This document shows positions 48,384 through 58,445 of a DNA stretch of 64,000 nucleotides, piece by piece. The notes under the pieces are model-generated. The model was not told the DNA's origin. It did not search any database and saw only the letters and a list, made by a program, of their open reading frames with translations. The position numbers and the translations under genes were made by a program. Positions within the stretch are counted from its first letter, which is position 1, and every line of letters starts with the position of its first letter. Source of the DNA: Candidatus Moranbacteria bacterium CG10_big_fil_rev_8_21_14_0_10_35_21 (GTDB taxonomy: Bacteria > Patescibacteriota > Minisyncoccia > Moranbacterales > UBA2206); contig PFCG01000018.1 in NCBI GenBank assembly GCA_002773095.1, positions 25,008-89,007 on the forward strand, written 5' to 3'.

Positions 48384-49898
48384 TTACCAGCCGCATCCCA
48401 ACCTCGGTGCCGGAGGCCCAGCTATCAAGACTCCCGGCGTTGCATGGCGGTTCTTTTCAATTGTTTTGAGGATCAGTATAGAGAATGAATCTGCTAGATC
48501 GTCATGCTTCTCTTTCCCGAAACCAACCAACTGTTCGATGAGCGCGTCTGCCCCCTGTCTTGGAAAAACAATTTGTCCCGACTGAATAAGGTTTGTTGTT
48601 AGATATAAACGCGACCGCTTGTCTGATCCGTGAGGCTTGAATCCTTCCGCCTTAATGCCCATAGCATCAAGTTGCTGGATAACCGAAGATTGGTATCCGA
48701 CCTCTTCAACATAAATACGGGAAGAAAATCCGCTGTTTACAAATGTTTCGTGAATGGATTTTATGCGATTTACTGTACCATGAAATTTAAGCTTCTCGTT
48801 AACAGGATTAGGTAAGATGTAAATTTTGATGTTTTCTCCTCTCCCATAAATGCAGGCCGAAACCATGGCGGTATAATCATGAGTAGCCCCTTGATAAACA
48901 GCCAAATCAACTGACGTTGCTACATACCTCAAATTTTCTTTCCACGGAGAGCCGTCATAATAAGATAGCATCTCGTGGAAAATCAGTTGATCGTCTTCCG
49001 GAACGATTCGGAGCATATATTCGCGTTGCCAGGCGTTCTCATTGGGGACAGTGAGTTTTAATTTATCTATATCCTCCATGCTTTTGAATTTCTCAGGCCA
49101 AAGAATCTCACCCTCTTCATTGACCAATGGATACTTCCGGTATATTCCGTTAAGTTTGCCATTTTCAATACACTCTTTGAGACGCATGAGCAAAGAGTCT
49201 TCGTGAAGCAAATTTCCAACAACGATAATCTTGGTGTTGTTGTCTCCGGTAGGAATGACCTCGCCAGTAAACCAATCATAAGTTTTATTGCGGCCTTCTC
49301 TTGTTTTTACAGAAGAAAGATCTTCCACATCATCGCAGATTATCAAATCAGGGCGGTAAGATCCATGACGAATACCCCGAATGCTCTGTTCGCTGGAAGC
49401 AACCGTAATTCTGGCATCGTGCTTCGGAATAACAATAGAAGTGGAACCCCATTCATTATTTTTTTCCTCAAAAGGGCCCATTTCTTGTTTGAGAAGATGA
49501 TTATTTTCAAGCTCCCGGCGAATATTGGCCAAGTGGAGTTTGGCCTGAGATTGAGTCTGGCTCAAAATCAAAACGAAATGCTTCTGTGGTTTTCCTACGA
49601 TCGCCCAAAGAGGATATGACAAAGTAACCAGCGTTGATTTAGCTGATCCTCGGAAAGCTTCAATTATCGCCATTCCTACATCATCATTTTCGGTAATCGC
49701 GAGTATATCTTTTTGAAACTCAGCTGTTCCATATTTGATATATGGAGCTAGATATACCGGGAAAAACCATTGATGACTCTGCCTTGTAACTGCGACTCGG
49801 ACACGCTTGTCTTTAACTAACTGTTGAAGAATCTGGCTCTGTGATTTTTTTACTGTCATCGTTGTGTTTCTGAACAGATGCAAGTCGCAGCGCCTCAC
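48384..49898 (-). CDS. terL: Phage terminase large subunit (ATPase plus nuclease)
   Basis: Walker A AFRGSAKSTLV, Walker B PDLIICDDVED, and a C-terminal acidic nuclease region (YVEEVGYQSS...DDLADSF). Confidence 0.75.
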   Translation of the reverse strand: MRRCDLHLFRNTTMTVKKSQSQILQQLVKDKRVRVAVTRQSHQWFFPVYLAPYIKYGTAEFQKDILAITENDDVGMAIIEAFRGSAKSTLVTLSYPLWAIVGKPQKHFVLILSQTQSQAKLHLANIRRELENNHLLKQEMGPFEEKNNEWGSTSIVIPKHDARITVASSEQSIRGIRHGSYRPDLIICDDVEDLSSVKTREGRNKTYDWFTGEVIPTGDNNTKIIVVGNLLHEDSLLMRLKECIENGKLNGIYRKYPLVNEEGEILWPEKFKSMEDIDKLKLTVPNENAWQREYMLRIVPEDDQLIFHEMLSYYDGSPWKENLRYVATSVDLAVYQGATHDYTAMVSACIYGRGENIKIYILPNPVNEKLKFHGTVNRIKSIHETFVNSGFSSRIYVEEVGYQSSVIQQLDAMGIKAEGFKPHGSDKRSRLYLTTNLIQSGQIVFPRQGADALIEQLVGFGKEKHDDLADSFSILILKTIEKNRHATPGVLIAGPPAPRLGCGW

Positions 49899-50274
49899 TA
49901 ATAACCTTTTTCTGTTCAGCTGTTAATTCCTGATTATCACTCCTATCTCTTTCCAAAACTTCAACTTTATTCGTATAGGCTTTATGGCGATTTTGGAGCC
50001 AGAACCGGACTGCTGAAAAGTTATTATTTTTGATAGCAGTAATAAGTTGTGATTCCGATAAATCATTGACCATCAGGACACCATCTGCAATTGCCTCATC
50101 AGCATCACTCACAAATTTTTTATCCTCGTTTCGCCAACGGTAATAGGTCGCCCGGCTTATGCCGGCTTTTTGACAGGCCACCTGGACAATAGGCAGTTTG
50201 GCTAACTGTTCCAATACTGCTTTCTTGTCTTCAGCTATCCGTTTTTTGGTTGTTGTGTTATTTCTCTTGCTCAT
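49813..50274 (-). CDS. terS: Terminase small subunit-like HTH DNA-binding protein
   Basis: HTH VACQKAGISRATYYRWRNE. It lies immediately 5' of terL and overlaps it. Confidence 0.5.
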   Translation of the reverse strand: MSKRNNTTTKKRIAEDKKAVLEQLAKLPIVQVACQKAGISRATYYRWRNEDKKFVSDADEAIADGVLMVNDLSESQLITAIKNNNFSAVRFWLQNRHKAYTNKVEVLERDRSDNQELTAEQKKVISEALRLASVQKHNDDSKKITEPDSSTVS

Positions 50275-51049
50275 CTTTTTGTGTATTAGTTTCTAATCTC
50301 TCGGCCTTCACTCCTGACATTTTTTCGAAACGATCAATAATTGTCTGACAATATTCCGGATCAAGCTCAACCATAAAACAGCTTCGCTTGGTCTGCTCGC
50401 ACGCCAAAAGCGTTTGACCCGATCCGCCGAATCCGTCAAAAACCACATCTCCGATTTTTGAACTATTGAGAATAATTCTGCGCAATAATCCAAGTGGCTT
50501 CATCGTAGGATGAGCTTTGCTTTTACTAGGTCGAGGGAAAATTAAAACGCTTTTATCCTTAGATCGCAAGAAATCGTGCTGACCAAACCAACCGTAGGCA
50601 ATCAGCTCATGTTGCGGTAAATAATCCATTCGACCGATGATGCTGTGGTTTTTGACCCAGATAATAAGCTGAGTGAATTTGAAGCCGGCTTTTTCCATTC
50701 CGATTTTCAGCGCGAATATCATCTTGTCTGAATTGAAAATGTAAACGGAATTTTTGCGCTCAAGAAATGGTTTAATGGCTTCCAGCGAATCAGCGGTGAA
50801 CTGGATATATTCCTCTTCGCTTTGCAGGTGATCATTGGCGATCGGTTTCCGTTTGGTTTTCGAAGAAGTAAAACCCTCCTTTCCTTCTACTACTGCAATT
50901 GCATAGGGCGGATCCTGACACAAAAGTTTAGCTTTTTCTTTTTCAAAGAGTCTGACTATCAGTTTTTTGTCTCGACAGTCTCCGCAGGCCAGGCGATGGT
51001 TTCCTAAGAGAAACACATCGCCAATTTGAATTGAATTTTCTTTAGTCAT
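50258..51049 (-). CDS. DNA methyltransferase (N6-adenine/N4-cytosine, beta class)
   Basis: Motif IV LCQDPPYAI comes before motif I VVFDGFGGSGQTLLACEQTKRSCFMVELDPEY. Confidence 0.8.
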   Translation of the reverse strand: MTKENSIQIGDVFLLGNHRLACGDCRDKKLIVRLFEKEKAKLLCQDPPYAIAVVEGKEGFTSSKTKRKPIANDHLQSEEEYIQFTADSLEAIKPFLERKNSVYIFNSDKMIFALKIGMEKAGFKFTQLIIWVKNHSIIGRMDYLPQHELIAYGWFGQHDFLRSKDKSVLIFPRPSKSKAHPTMKPLGLLRRIILNSSKIGDVVFDGFGGSGQTLLACEQTKRSCFMVELDPEYCQTIIDRFEKMSGVKAERLETNTQKDEQEK

Positions 51050-52334
51050 TATTTTTTATATTACTGATTAGTTTCGCGCTCTTTCCACTTAAACTCTCAT
51101 ACCTTTTGATAATCACCTCGCAAAAAACCGGGTCCAGTTCGGCCATAAAACAGCGTCTTTTCATCTGCTCGCAGGCGATGAGGACAGACCCCGATCCGCC
51201 GAACAAATCCAAAACGGTATCGCCTGGCTTGGTGCAGCGGCGGAGTGGCTTTTCACTTAATGTGACGGGTTTTTCGGTGGGATGGGTGTAGCTGGCGGTC
51301 GGCAATCTTTTGACTAACCAAATATCAATAATATCCAAAATGTCCTCCGACAATCTGTTGCCGCTCGTCGTTTCTTTGTTGAGAATCTCATTAAGATTGG
51401 TAACTCGCGAAGAAATGTAAGGTTTTCCGCGCGTAGCATAGACACAAGGTTCATATGCCTTATTAAACGCTATTTGCGGAGTGACATTTTGGTTATTTTT
51501 AATCCACAAGCAGACTCGCTTTGAATCCAGCCCGAGTTCGGCGTAAATACTTTGGAGCGTGCCAATGTATCGCTGATCGCACCAATAAAAAACATGGCAA
51601 TCATTTTCAGAGACCGCCAGCGCGTTTTCCATAGTGGCTTTCAAAAAGTTTCGGTATTCTGTTTCGGTTTTCTTGTCATTGGCCGTTCCTCCGTATTTTC
51701 CATTTTTTCCAAGTCCGGAATCGTAATCATATCCAATATTGTATACTGGATCGCAGGCGATCATATCAATCTTTTCTTTTCCGACAAGTTTTTTAACTGT
51801 TGCTGGATCGGTGGAGTCCCCGCAAATTAAGTGATGACTTCCAAGTTCGTAGAGATCGCCAAGTTTTACTTTTGGTTCCTTGATTTCAGCAACTGCTTTT
51901 TCAAGATCAAAATCATCTTGTTCTGTCTCTAAATTATCATCCCATATATTAGACAGATCACCGTCATCGAAGCCCACATTCAACAGCAAATCCAGATCGA
52001 ACTCTTTCAAAAGTTCATAGTCCCATTCGCCAGTATTGCGATTTAAGCGCAAATTGAGTTCCTTCTCCTTTTCTATGTTCGGTATGTTTACATAGACTAC
52101 CGGAACCTCCTTGAGTTTGAGTTTTCTGGCTGTAGCCAAACGGAAATTACCGCCGATCACGATATTTATTCTTTTGGGCGCACTATTAACGATAATTGGA
52201 TCGACCATCCCATACTCGTTTACGCTTTCCTCTAGATGTTGTGCGGCCGCTTCATCCCACTTCCGGGGATTGTATTCGGGCGCTTTTAAAGAATCGACTT
52301 TGACGAAAGTGATTCTTAATTTTTCCTTCTCCAT
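51042..52334 (-). CDS. ParB-like nuclease domain fused to a DNA methyltransferase
   Basis: N-terminal ParB/Srx fold (YNPRKWDEAAAQHLEESVNEYGMVDPIIVN). Then IACDPVYNIGYDY (DPPY-like) and VLDLFGGSGSVLIACEQMKRRCFMAELDPVFCEV. Confidence 0.8.
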   Translation of the reverse strand: MEKEKLRITFVKVDSLKAPEYNPRKWDEAAAQHLEESVNEYGMVDPIIVNSAPKRINIVIGGNFRLATARKLKLKEVPVVYVNIPNIEKEKELNLRLNRNTGEWDYELLKEFDLDLLLNVGFDDGDLSNIWDDNLETEQDDFDLEKAVAEIKEPKVKLGDLYELGSHHLICGDSTDPATVKKLVGKEKIDMIACDPVYNIGYDYDSGLGKNGKYGGTANDKKTETEYRNFLKATMENALAVSENDCHVFYWCDQRYIGTLQSIYAELGLDSKRVCLWIKNNQNVTPQIAFNKAYEPCVYATRGKPYISSRVTNLNEILNKETTSGNRLSEDILDIIDIWLVKRLPTASYTHPTEKPVTLSEKPLRRCTKPGDTVLDLFGGSGSVLIACEQMKRRCFMAELDPVFCEVIIKRYESLSGKSAKLISNIKNND

Positions 52335-52696
52335 TATTTTGGTCGGAGAAAAGAACTAAAGATTTTGAATTTCAGATTAAAGTAAAGAAGCTGTTTTATT
52401 CCCCAACAAAACAAAAAAGATCCCGCAGTAACCATTTAATCTTAAGCTCTTTCTCTCGAAAGATTAAAACTTAAGCTCTTGCCTTGTTATGGTTATTATA
52501 TGGATCTAATATGATGTAAATTTGATATTCTATTTTCTAATTTTTTCTGATATTTTTTCTATACCATTATTATGCTCTTTTTTAAGAATATGTCAAACTC
52601 GAGATTTTATGGGGCTTTCAAGGGCTTTTCAGGGGCTTAAGTTATCAACTGTTTGAGCCTGGACTAGTTTTGGGGGTTGCGTCATTCCTTAGATAT

Positions 52697-54059
52697 ATGG
52701 ATAACACAACAAACCAACAACTAAAAGAAACCGGCCAAGGCGTCCAAGTAGTTGCGGAACCGGCCAAAATTAAATACTGCTTATATGCCCGGAAAAGCAC
52801 AGAGTCTGAAGAACGGCAGGTGCTTTCCATAGACTCACAAATCAAAGAAATGCTTCAGATTGCCGAGCGGGATGGGCTGGATATCGTGGAAATGCGGCGC
52901 GAAAGTCATTCAGCCAAAAACTCCAACGAGCGTCCAGTCTTCAATAGTATTATCAAAGACATTCAAGGCGGAAAGTTCAATGGCATTATGACTTGGGCGC
53001 CGGATCGGTTGAGTCGCAATGCTGGCGACCTCGGAGCGCTGGTTGATCTCATGGATCAAAAACTGTTGATTAAAATCCGAACCTTCGGCCAACAATTCAC
53101 CAATTCACCCAATGAAAAATTTCTGCTGATGATTTTAGGATCGCAAGCCAAACTGGAAAATGACAACCGAAGCGTCAATGTGAAGCGTGGTCTTCGGACA
53201 AGAGTAGAAATGGGACTTTGGCCGGGAGTAGCGCCGACCGGATATCTTAATGAAAAAATGACGGATCGCAAATGCCAAGTGATTGTTGATCCAGATCCGC
53301 GCGCCAATCATTCGTCAGGTGTTTGAAAAAGTCGCCTACGAACAATGGAGCGGACGAAAGTTATATCACTGGCTAAAATTCGAAATCCACTTCACGACCA
53401 GATATGGAAAACCGTTGGCGCTGAGCAATATCTATCGAATGTTGCAAAGACCATTCTATCATGGCGTGTATGAATATCCGGAAGAAAGCGGACACTGGTA
53501 TACCGGGAAACATAAACCGATCATTACCAAAGAATTATTTGACAAAGTTCAGGAACAATTGAATCGCGATCAGATCGTGCGGGAAAATAGAGAATTCGCT
53601 TTCACTAAGATGATTACTTGTGGACTATGCGGATCAGGCGTGACCGCTCAGGAAAAATACAAGAAACAGAAAAATGGTAATGTCCACCGCTACATTTATT
53701 ATGGATGCACCTGGGCCAAGGATCTGAATTGCAAATGCGGATATCTTCGCGAGGACGCGCTGATTGAAAGTCTAATAAATCTGATTGATAAAATCGATCT
53801 AAATGAATTGGGGCTGAAAAATAAGTTTCATGATGAAGTGATGAGATATAACCGGTTTCAAAGAAATGTACTGAAAAGACCGGGCAATGAAAAATCGGAA
53901 AGCGATATTGATCTCAGAGTCTACGCCAAATATATTCTCAAGGAAGGAAGCATGGTGGAAAAGCGCGAACTGCTATCGTGCCTGCGAAGCCGATTGATAT
54001 TCAAGGATAAGGCACTAACACTGGAAAAAGCTGAAAATATCGACTCGAGGACTGCTTAA
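52697..54059 (+). pseudogene. Large serine recombinase (phage integrase type) split by a frameshift at about 53283..53326
   Basis: The catalytic domain has YARKSTESEERQ (the Ser nucleophile) and DRLSRNAGDL. The downstream frame carries the recombinase domain and Zn ribbon (TCGLCGSGVTAQEKY...YYGCTWAKDLNCKCG). The two ORFs are in different frames and overlap by 44 nt. Confidence 0.7.
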
Positions 54060-54137
54060 TGGTATTATAAGGATATAGAAAATAATCCAAATTAAATAAA
54101 CTTAGACATTCTGATTAATTTTTTTTAGCATTAGTTT

Positions 54138-54971
54138 ATGAGTAAAAAGATTTTAGTTTTTTCATTATCTTTCGCCGCTATCCTTTTGGTTTGGTATTTT
54201 TTATTTGATAAGGCTCCCCTACAAGGGGATTGGCAAGAGCAATTGGCAGTTATTTCTACAGCTGAGTTTAATGGTGATTTGGTGATGGTTAAAAATGTGC
54301 GAAACTTTCGCTATTATCCGACTGAAGCGGATATACATCCGGCCTATTATGACAAAACTTATGACCTTACCCAGATAAAAAAAGTCTGGTATGTGACTGA
54401 GCCTTTTAATGAAAATACAGTAGCGGCTCACACTTTCGTTTCTTTTGAATTCAATAACGGCGATTTCCTGTCGATTAGCATCGAAGCCCGCAAAACCAAG
54501 GGTCAAAAGTATAGCACTTGGAAAGGGATGCTTCACTCTTATCCGCTGGTTTATATTGCCGCGGATGAACGGGATGTTGTCTTGATGCGAGCCAATATGC
54601 GGAAAGACAAAGTATATGTTTATCCGGCGAAATTGGAAAAACCGGAAAACGCCCGATTGTTGTTTGTAGATATGCTCCAGCGAATGAATGAGTTAACTAC
54701 AATTGATCCGACTTGGTATAACACTCTTTTTGCCAACTGCACTTCCAGTATTGCTGATCATGTGAACAAACTCACCCCTGGACGCATCTCTATTTTTTCT
54801 TGGCAATTGTGGCTTACCGCTTCTGCAGATGAGTTGGCTTTACAACGGGGACTTTTAGATACCAATCTTCCTATTGAACAAGCTAGAGAAAGGTTTTCTA
54901 TTAATGAACTATCGGAAAAAATTGGAGACACTACTAACTATTCCAATGAAATTCGAAGAAAATCAAAGTGA
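54138..54971 (+). CDS. DUF4105-like (Lnb N-terminal domain-like) exported protein
   Basis: Signal anchor, then FRYYPTEADIHPAYYDKTYDL...SFEFNNGDFLSISIEARK. I recognise this as the DUF4105 family but with low certainty. Confidence 0.4.
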   Translation: MSKKILVFSLSFAAILLVWYFLFDKAPLQGDWQEQLAVISTAEFNGDLVMVKNVRNFRYYPTEADIHPAYYDKTYDLTQIKKVWYVTEPFNENTVAAHTFVSFEFNNGDFLSISIEARKTKGQKYSTWKGMLHSYPLVYIAADERDVVLMRANMRKDKVYVYPAKLEKPENARLLFVDMLQRMNELTTIDPTWYNTLFANCTSSIADHVNKLTPGRISIFSWQLWLTASADELALQRGLLDTNLPIEQARERFSINELSEKIGDTTNYSNEIRRKSK

Positions 54972-56158
54972 TGTCAACGAATGATACACTGCATATAATA
55001 ACCGGAGCTACAGGATTTTTAGGCAGAAGTCTAGTAAATAGATTATTAGATGACGGAGAAAAAATTTGCATTCTCATTAGAAATAATGGGGATGATTTTA
55101 AAACGAGGGCGGAAGTTATATTTCCCGGCTATGTTGTTAAATACGGCAATCGATTTAAAGTGATCAATGGTGATATAGTGAAAGAAAATCTAGGCATCAG
55201 CACCGAATTTTTGGAGGAGATCAAAAATGCAAAAATCAATCTCTGGCATCTTGCGGCAAATCTTTCTTTCAAGTGTGAACATAAAGAACAAATTTATCAG
55301 GACAATGTAAGAGGTGCTAAAAATGTTGTTAATCTTGTGAATACACTTAGCCCGGAATCGACTTTGTATTACACGAGCACTGCATATATATGTGGCTCAA
55401 AAAATAAGAAATGTAGCGAAGACGAAACAGATAGGGGGCAGATGCCGAGAAATTTGTATGAAAAGACAAAGCTTATCGCAGAAAAAATAATCAAAGATAA
55501 TTGCAAGAGAAAGCATATTGTTTTCCGTCCATCCATTATCATTGGGGATGCTTATGAGGGAAAAGCGGTAGGTTGCACGTTTGGATACTACAGGTTTACT
55601 TATGTATTTTATATTTTTAAGAAGTGGGCAATTGCCAAACTTCGTTATGGTGGCTTTTGGAAAAAGATACTGGAATTATTCGGAGCCGTCTATGAATCAA
55701 AAATAGACAAGCTTAAATTTAGCCGTTTAGCCCTTCCTTTTCCTAAAAATAGCCAGGTCAATCTAATACCGATTGATTTCGTGATAGATTCAATGGTAAA
55801 GATTTCCAAAGAGTGTCAAGGAAATAAAACTTTTCATATCGTGAACATTAATCCACCAAGCTTTATTTTTTTGTTCAGGGAGCTTCTGGATGATTTGGGA
55901 ATGAAAGGAATAAAATTAATCCCGGTTAATCCAGCTGTTTTTAATGGGATAATTAAGGTATGTTATTTTATCTTTGTTCCTCTTCGCAAATATTTTGAAT
56001 CAGCAATCAAATATAAACCATATATCACTATGAGATATGAGTTTAGCACTGACAATATGAGAACATTGGAATTAACCCCAACCGACATTTCAAGGGAGGA
56101 CATCAAAAGAATCAACAAATACGCTATCGATAGTATCTTCCCCAATATTAAGAGCTAG
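54968..56158 (+). CDS. SDR-family NAD(P)-dependent thioester/fatty-acyl reductase-like protein (NAD_binding_4 type)
   Basis: LHIITGATGFLGRSLV (TGxxGxxG), YTSTAYICG and YEKTKLIAE (YxxxK). Confidence 0.6.
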   Translation: MMSTNDTLHIITGATGFLGRSLVNRLLDDGEKICILIRNNGDDFKTRAEVIFPGYVVKYGNRFKVINGDIVKENLGISTEFLEEIKNAKINLWHLAANLSFKCEHKEQIYQDNVRGAKNVVNLVNTLSPESTLYYTSTAYICGSKNKKCSEDETDRGQMPRNLYEKTKLIAEKIIKDNCKRKHIVFRPSIIIGDAYEGKAVGCTFGYYRFTYVFYIFKKWAIAKLRYGGFWKKILELFGAVYESKIDKLKFSRLALPFPKNSQVNLIPIDFVIDSMVKISKECQGNKTFHIVNINPPSFIFLFRELLDDLGMKGIKLIPVNPAVFNGIIKVCYFIFVPLRKYFESAIKYKPYITMRYEFSTDNMRTLELTPTDISREDIKRINKYAIDSIFPNIKS

Positions 56159-56164
56159 AATCAT

Positions 56165-56737
56165 ATGGATTATATTTTGCAATGTTTATTGATTGCATCG
56201 CCCGTGCTTTTGGCGGGCATTGCTTTTATAATCTTTCTGAAGAAAGACTATTTTAGCTGGCTAAAAACTCCAGTGGATTTTGGAATGAAATTCAGGGGGA
56301 AGAGATTGCTCGGAGAAAACAAAACTTTGAGGGGCTTTGTCATCATGCCCCTGGCTACTTGGATTGCGGTGATTATGATCGGTTATTTAATGAAGTTTTT
56401 TAATTTTGAAAGTGGTAAGGCGTTATTTGATTATAGTTTGAGCGGTAGCTATAAAGCGCTAGCTTATGGAATGGCGTATCCGCTGGGAGAGCTGCCCAAT
56501 TCGTTTATCAAGAGGCAACTAAACATAAACCCGGGAGAAAGAGCTCACGGAGATTTGGCAAGAGTTTTTTTCAATTTTTTGGACAAGACAGACTCGCTAC
56601 TGATGTGCGGGATAGCAGTTTTCTTGCTTTACGGAATAAGTGCAAACTATATCCTTGGAGCAATTATTTTAGGCCTATTGTTTCATTATCTGACTGATTT
56701 TTTGATGTTAAAACAAGGCCTAAAGAAGGAAGTTTAA
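56165..56737 (+). CDS. Small CTP-transferase-family membrane protein (CDP-archaeol synthase CarS-like / CdsA-like cytidylyltransferase)
   Basis: 190 aa with five TM helices. FRGKRLLGENKTLRGF (GxxKTxxG motif) and KRQLNINPGERAHGDLAR (a relic of the C-terminal signature). The size fits CarS rather than the 270-aa bacterial CdsA. Confidence 0.5.
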   Translation: MDYILQCLLIASPVLLAGIAFIIFLKKDYFSWLKTPVDFGMKFRGKRLLGENKTLRGFVIMPLATWIAVIMIGYLMKFFNFESGKALFDYSLSGSYKALAYGMAYPLGELPNSFIKRQLNINPGERAHGDLARVFFNFLDKTDSLLMCGIAVFLLYGISANYILGAIILGLLFHYLTDFLMLKQGLKKEV

Positions 56738-57337
56738 AAGAAGGGCGGTAGAAACCGGAACGGTTAAGTTATCGGTTCCAAAATACGAATAATGTTCAAT
56801 GACAGAAACAACCATCGAAATGAGAATAATTTTAAACAAAGCTAGGGCGATCAGCTGATTATAAAAAATAGCATAGCTTGCAAGAACCGCAGTTGCTGTG
56901 ATAAGAAAAACTATAATACTTCCTTTCAGGGAGTTTTTATTATGCTTGAGATTGTAGAGTCCGGATATTCCATCTGCGAATCCCATTACGGCGATCGAGC
57001 TTATCATCACAAATGCATCTTCATAGAAGAAAGACGCAAGAATAATAAGGGAGAACGGATATAATATTTCTCCAATCGTTTTGCGTTTTTCCAGATGAAC
57101 AGATTTAAGAAAATTTGTCAGATATGAGATGATAAACAGGGCAGTAAAAAGAGAGGTTGCCAAAATAAACTCACTCTTAGACAGAAAGAAATAAAAAAAC
57201 ATTACAAGTATGGCACTTCCAATATGGGCAGTCTTGCGAGTGATTTCGCGCGAGATGCTTGTCTTTCTCTTTGTCCACTCTATGGCAAAATAGAAGCATG
57301 CGAATGACAGTATGGTAATTAAGGTTATTTGCGACAT
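56720..57337 (-). CDS. Polyprenol (dolichol/phytol) kinase-like CTP-dependent membrane protein
   Basis: Six TM helices. RKTAHIGSAIL and MGFADGISGLYN...SLKGS resemble the VTE5/dolichol-kinase/CdsA family. Confidence 0.4.
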   Translation of the reverse strand: MSQITLITILSFACFYFAIEWTKRKTSISREITRKTAHIGSAILVMFFYFFLSKSEFILATSLFTALFIISYLTNFLKSVHLEKRKTIGEILYPFSLIILASFFYEDAFVMISSIAVMGFADGISGLYNLKHNKNSLKGSIIVFLITATAVLASYAIFYNQLIALALFKIILISMVVSVIEHYSYFGTDNLTVPVSTALLLNFLL

Positions 57338-57855
57338 TCTTTTTTGAGGAGGATTAATTTTGAATTCTTTTTGTGTCTGAAAACTTCTTTTAGTCGGTGC
57401 AATTTAAAGCGTTGTTTTAGAAAGTTTATTTTTTCTCGGTAATTGAGGTAGCTTAAGCTAGTCTCTTTAAAACCATGAAGTTCTAGGATAGTTTTTATAT
57501 TCTCCAAAAAAGTAGCGGCAAAATAATTGTTCGCGGTATTTTTGGTGGCGTGTTCTATTAAAAGGGAGGATAAATTATTCTTCCTAAATTGGGGCTTAAC
57601 ATACAGTCCGTTAATTTCAATTATAGCATTACTTAACTTGTGGGAGATTAGGAATCCGGCCAGCGTGTTTTCTATAAACAAACAATTAATCATATCGTTT
57701 TCTAATAGTTTTTTAATTTCGTTCATTTTTCGAAAGGAGAGATTTTTTTCTCCCTTGATCAAATAATATATTTCGTTAGCAACAGAGACAATGCTGAGTC
57801 TATCAGTAAAGCTATTCTGAATGGTTATTTGTTTAAATTTATCACTGCTAAACAT
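57325..57855 (-). CDS. GNAT-family N-acetyltransferase
   Basis: INGLYVKPQFRKNNLSSLLIEHATK, which is an acetyl-CoA motif-A-like element. Start uncertain. Confidence 0.45.
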   Translation of the reverse strand: MFSSDKFKQITIQNSFTDRLSIVSVANEIYYLIKGEKNLSFRKMNEIKKLLENDMINCLFIENTLAGFLISHKLSNAIIEINGLYVKPQFRKNNLSSLLIEHATKNTANNYFAATFLENIKTILELHGFKETSLSYLNYREKINFLKQRFKLHRLKEVFRHKKNSKLILLKKECRK

Positions 57856-58445
57856 ATAATGAATAGTGTTAATATATACCAGAGCCAATAATTTTTAGGT
57901 TTTTTGAATTTAATATTTGATATCATCAAAAATGATGTCAGTATAATTATTAAAGGGGTAAAATAGATAATTTCAGGAAAAAGCAATGACGAGCTTATAA
58001 ACAATACGATTACTGATAATTGTGCAAATGGAACCGGTAGGCCGATGTAATATTGTTCGTTGTTATCTTTGACTAGGCCAGCGAGGTTGAATCTAGAAAG
58101 CCTTAGTATCCCGGCGGAAATCATAATAAAGACACTTACAATGGTAATCGCTTTGTTGAAGCTAAGGAAGTTGAGGGTAAAAATTGAAGTGAATGTTAAA
58201 TAATTTAGAGCATCAACGAATGAGTCCAGTTGTCGGCCAAACTCGCTTTCTATTTTTAACTTTCTGGCAACATAACCATCTAGGGTGTCCAGAAAGAAGG
58301 CAAAGGAAGCGGCAATAATGGCTTGGTTCGGCTTTCCGTCGAGGATAAAATAATAGCCTGTGACGGTAGGTAAAATAGCCGATAGAGAAATGATATCGGC
58401 AACACTTAGTTTTTTCAGAATAGATAGATGTTCTTTTATGCTCAT
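57825..58445 (-). CDS. CDP-alcohol phosphatidyltransferase (PgsA / phosphatidylserine- or archaetidyl-head-group synthase class)
   Basis: Signature DTLDGYVARKLKIESEFGRQLDSFVDALNY, which is D-x2-DG-x2-AR...G-x3-D-x3-D, with six TM helices. Confidence 0.8.
   Translation of the reverse strand: MSIKEHLSILKKLSVADIISLSAILPTVTGYYFILDGKPNQAIIAASFAFFLDTLDGYVARKLKIESEFGRQLDSFVDALNYLTFTSIFTLNFLSFNKAITIVSVFIMISAGILRLSRFNLAGLVKDNNEQYYIGLPVPFAQLSVIVLFISSSLLFPEIIYFTPLIIILTSFLMISNIKFKKPKNYWLWYILTLFIICLAVINLNK

Larger units (their letters stand above)
47760..54060. mobile_element. Phage-derived genomic island or degenerate prophage (terS-terL, two DNA methyltransferases, large serine recombinase)
   Basis: GC content is visibly higher than in the flanks. 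It contains terminase genes, a ParB-methyltransferase fusion, a serine integrase and direct repeats at 48071..48130. No capsid or tail genes are present. Confidence 0.55.
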
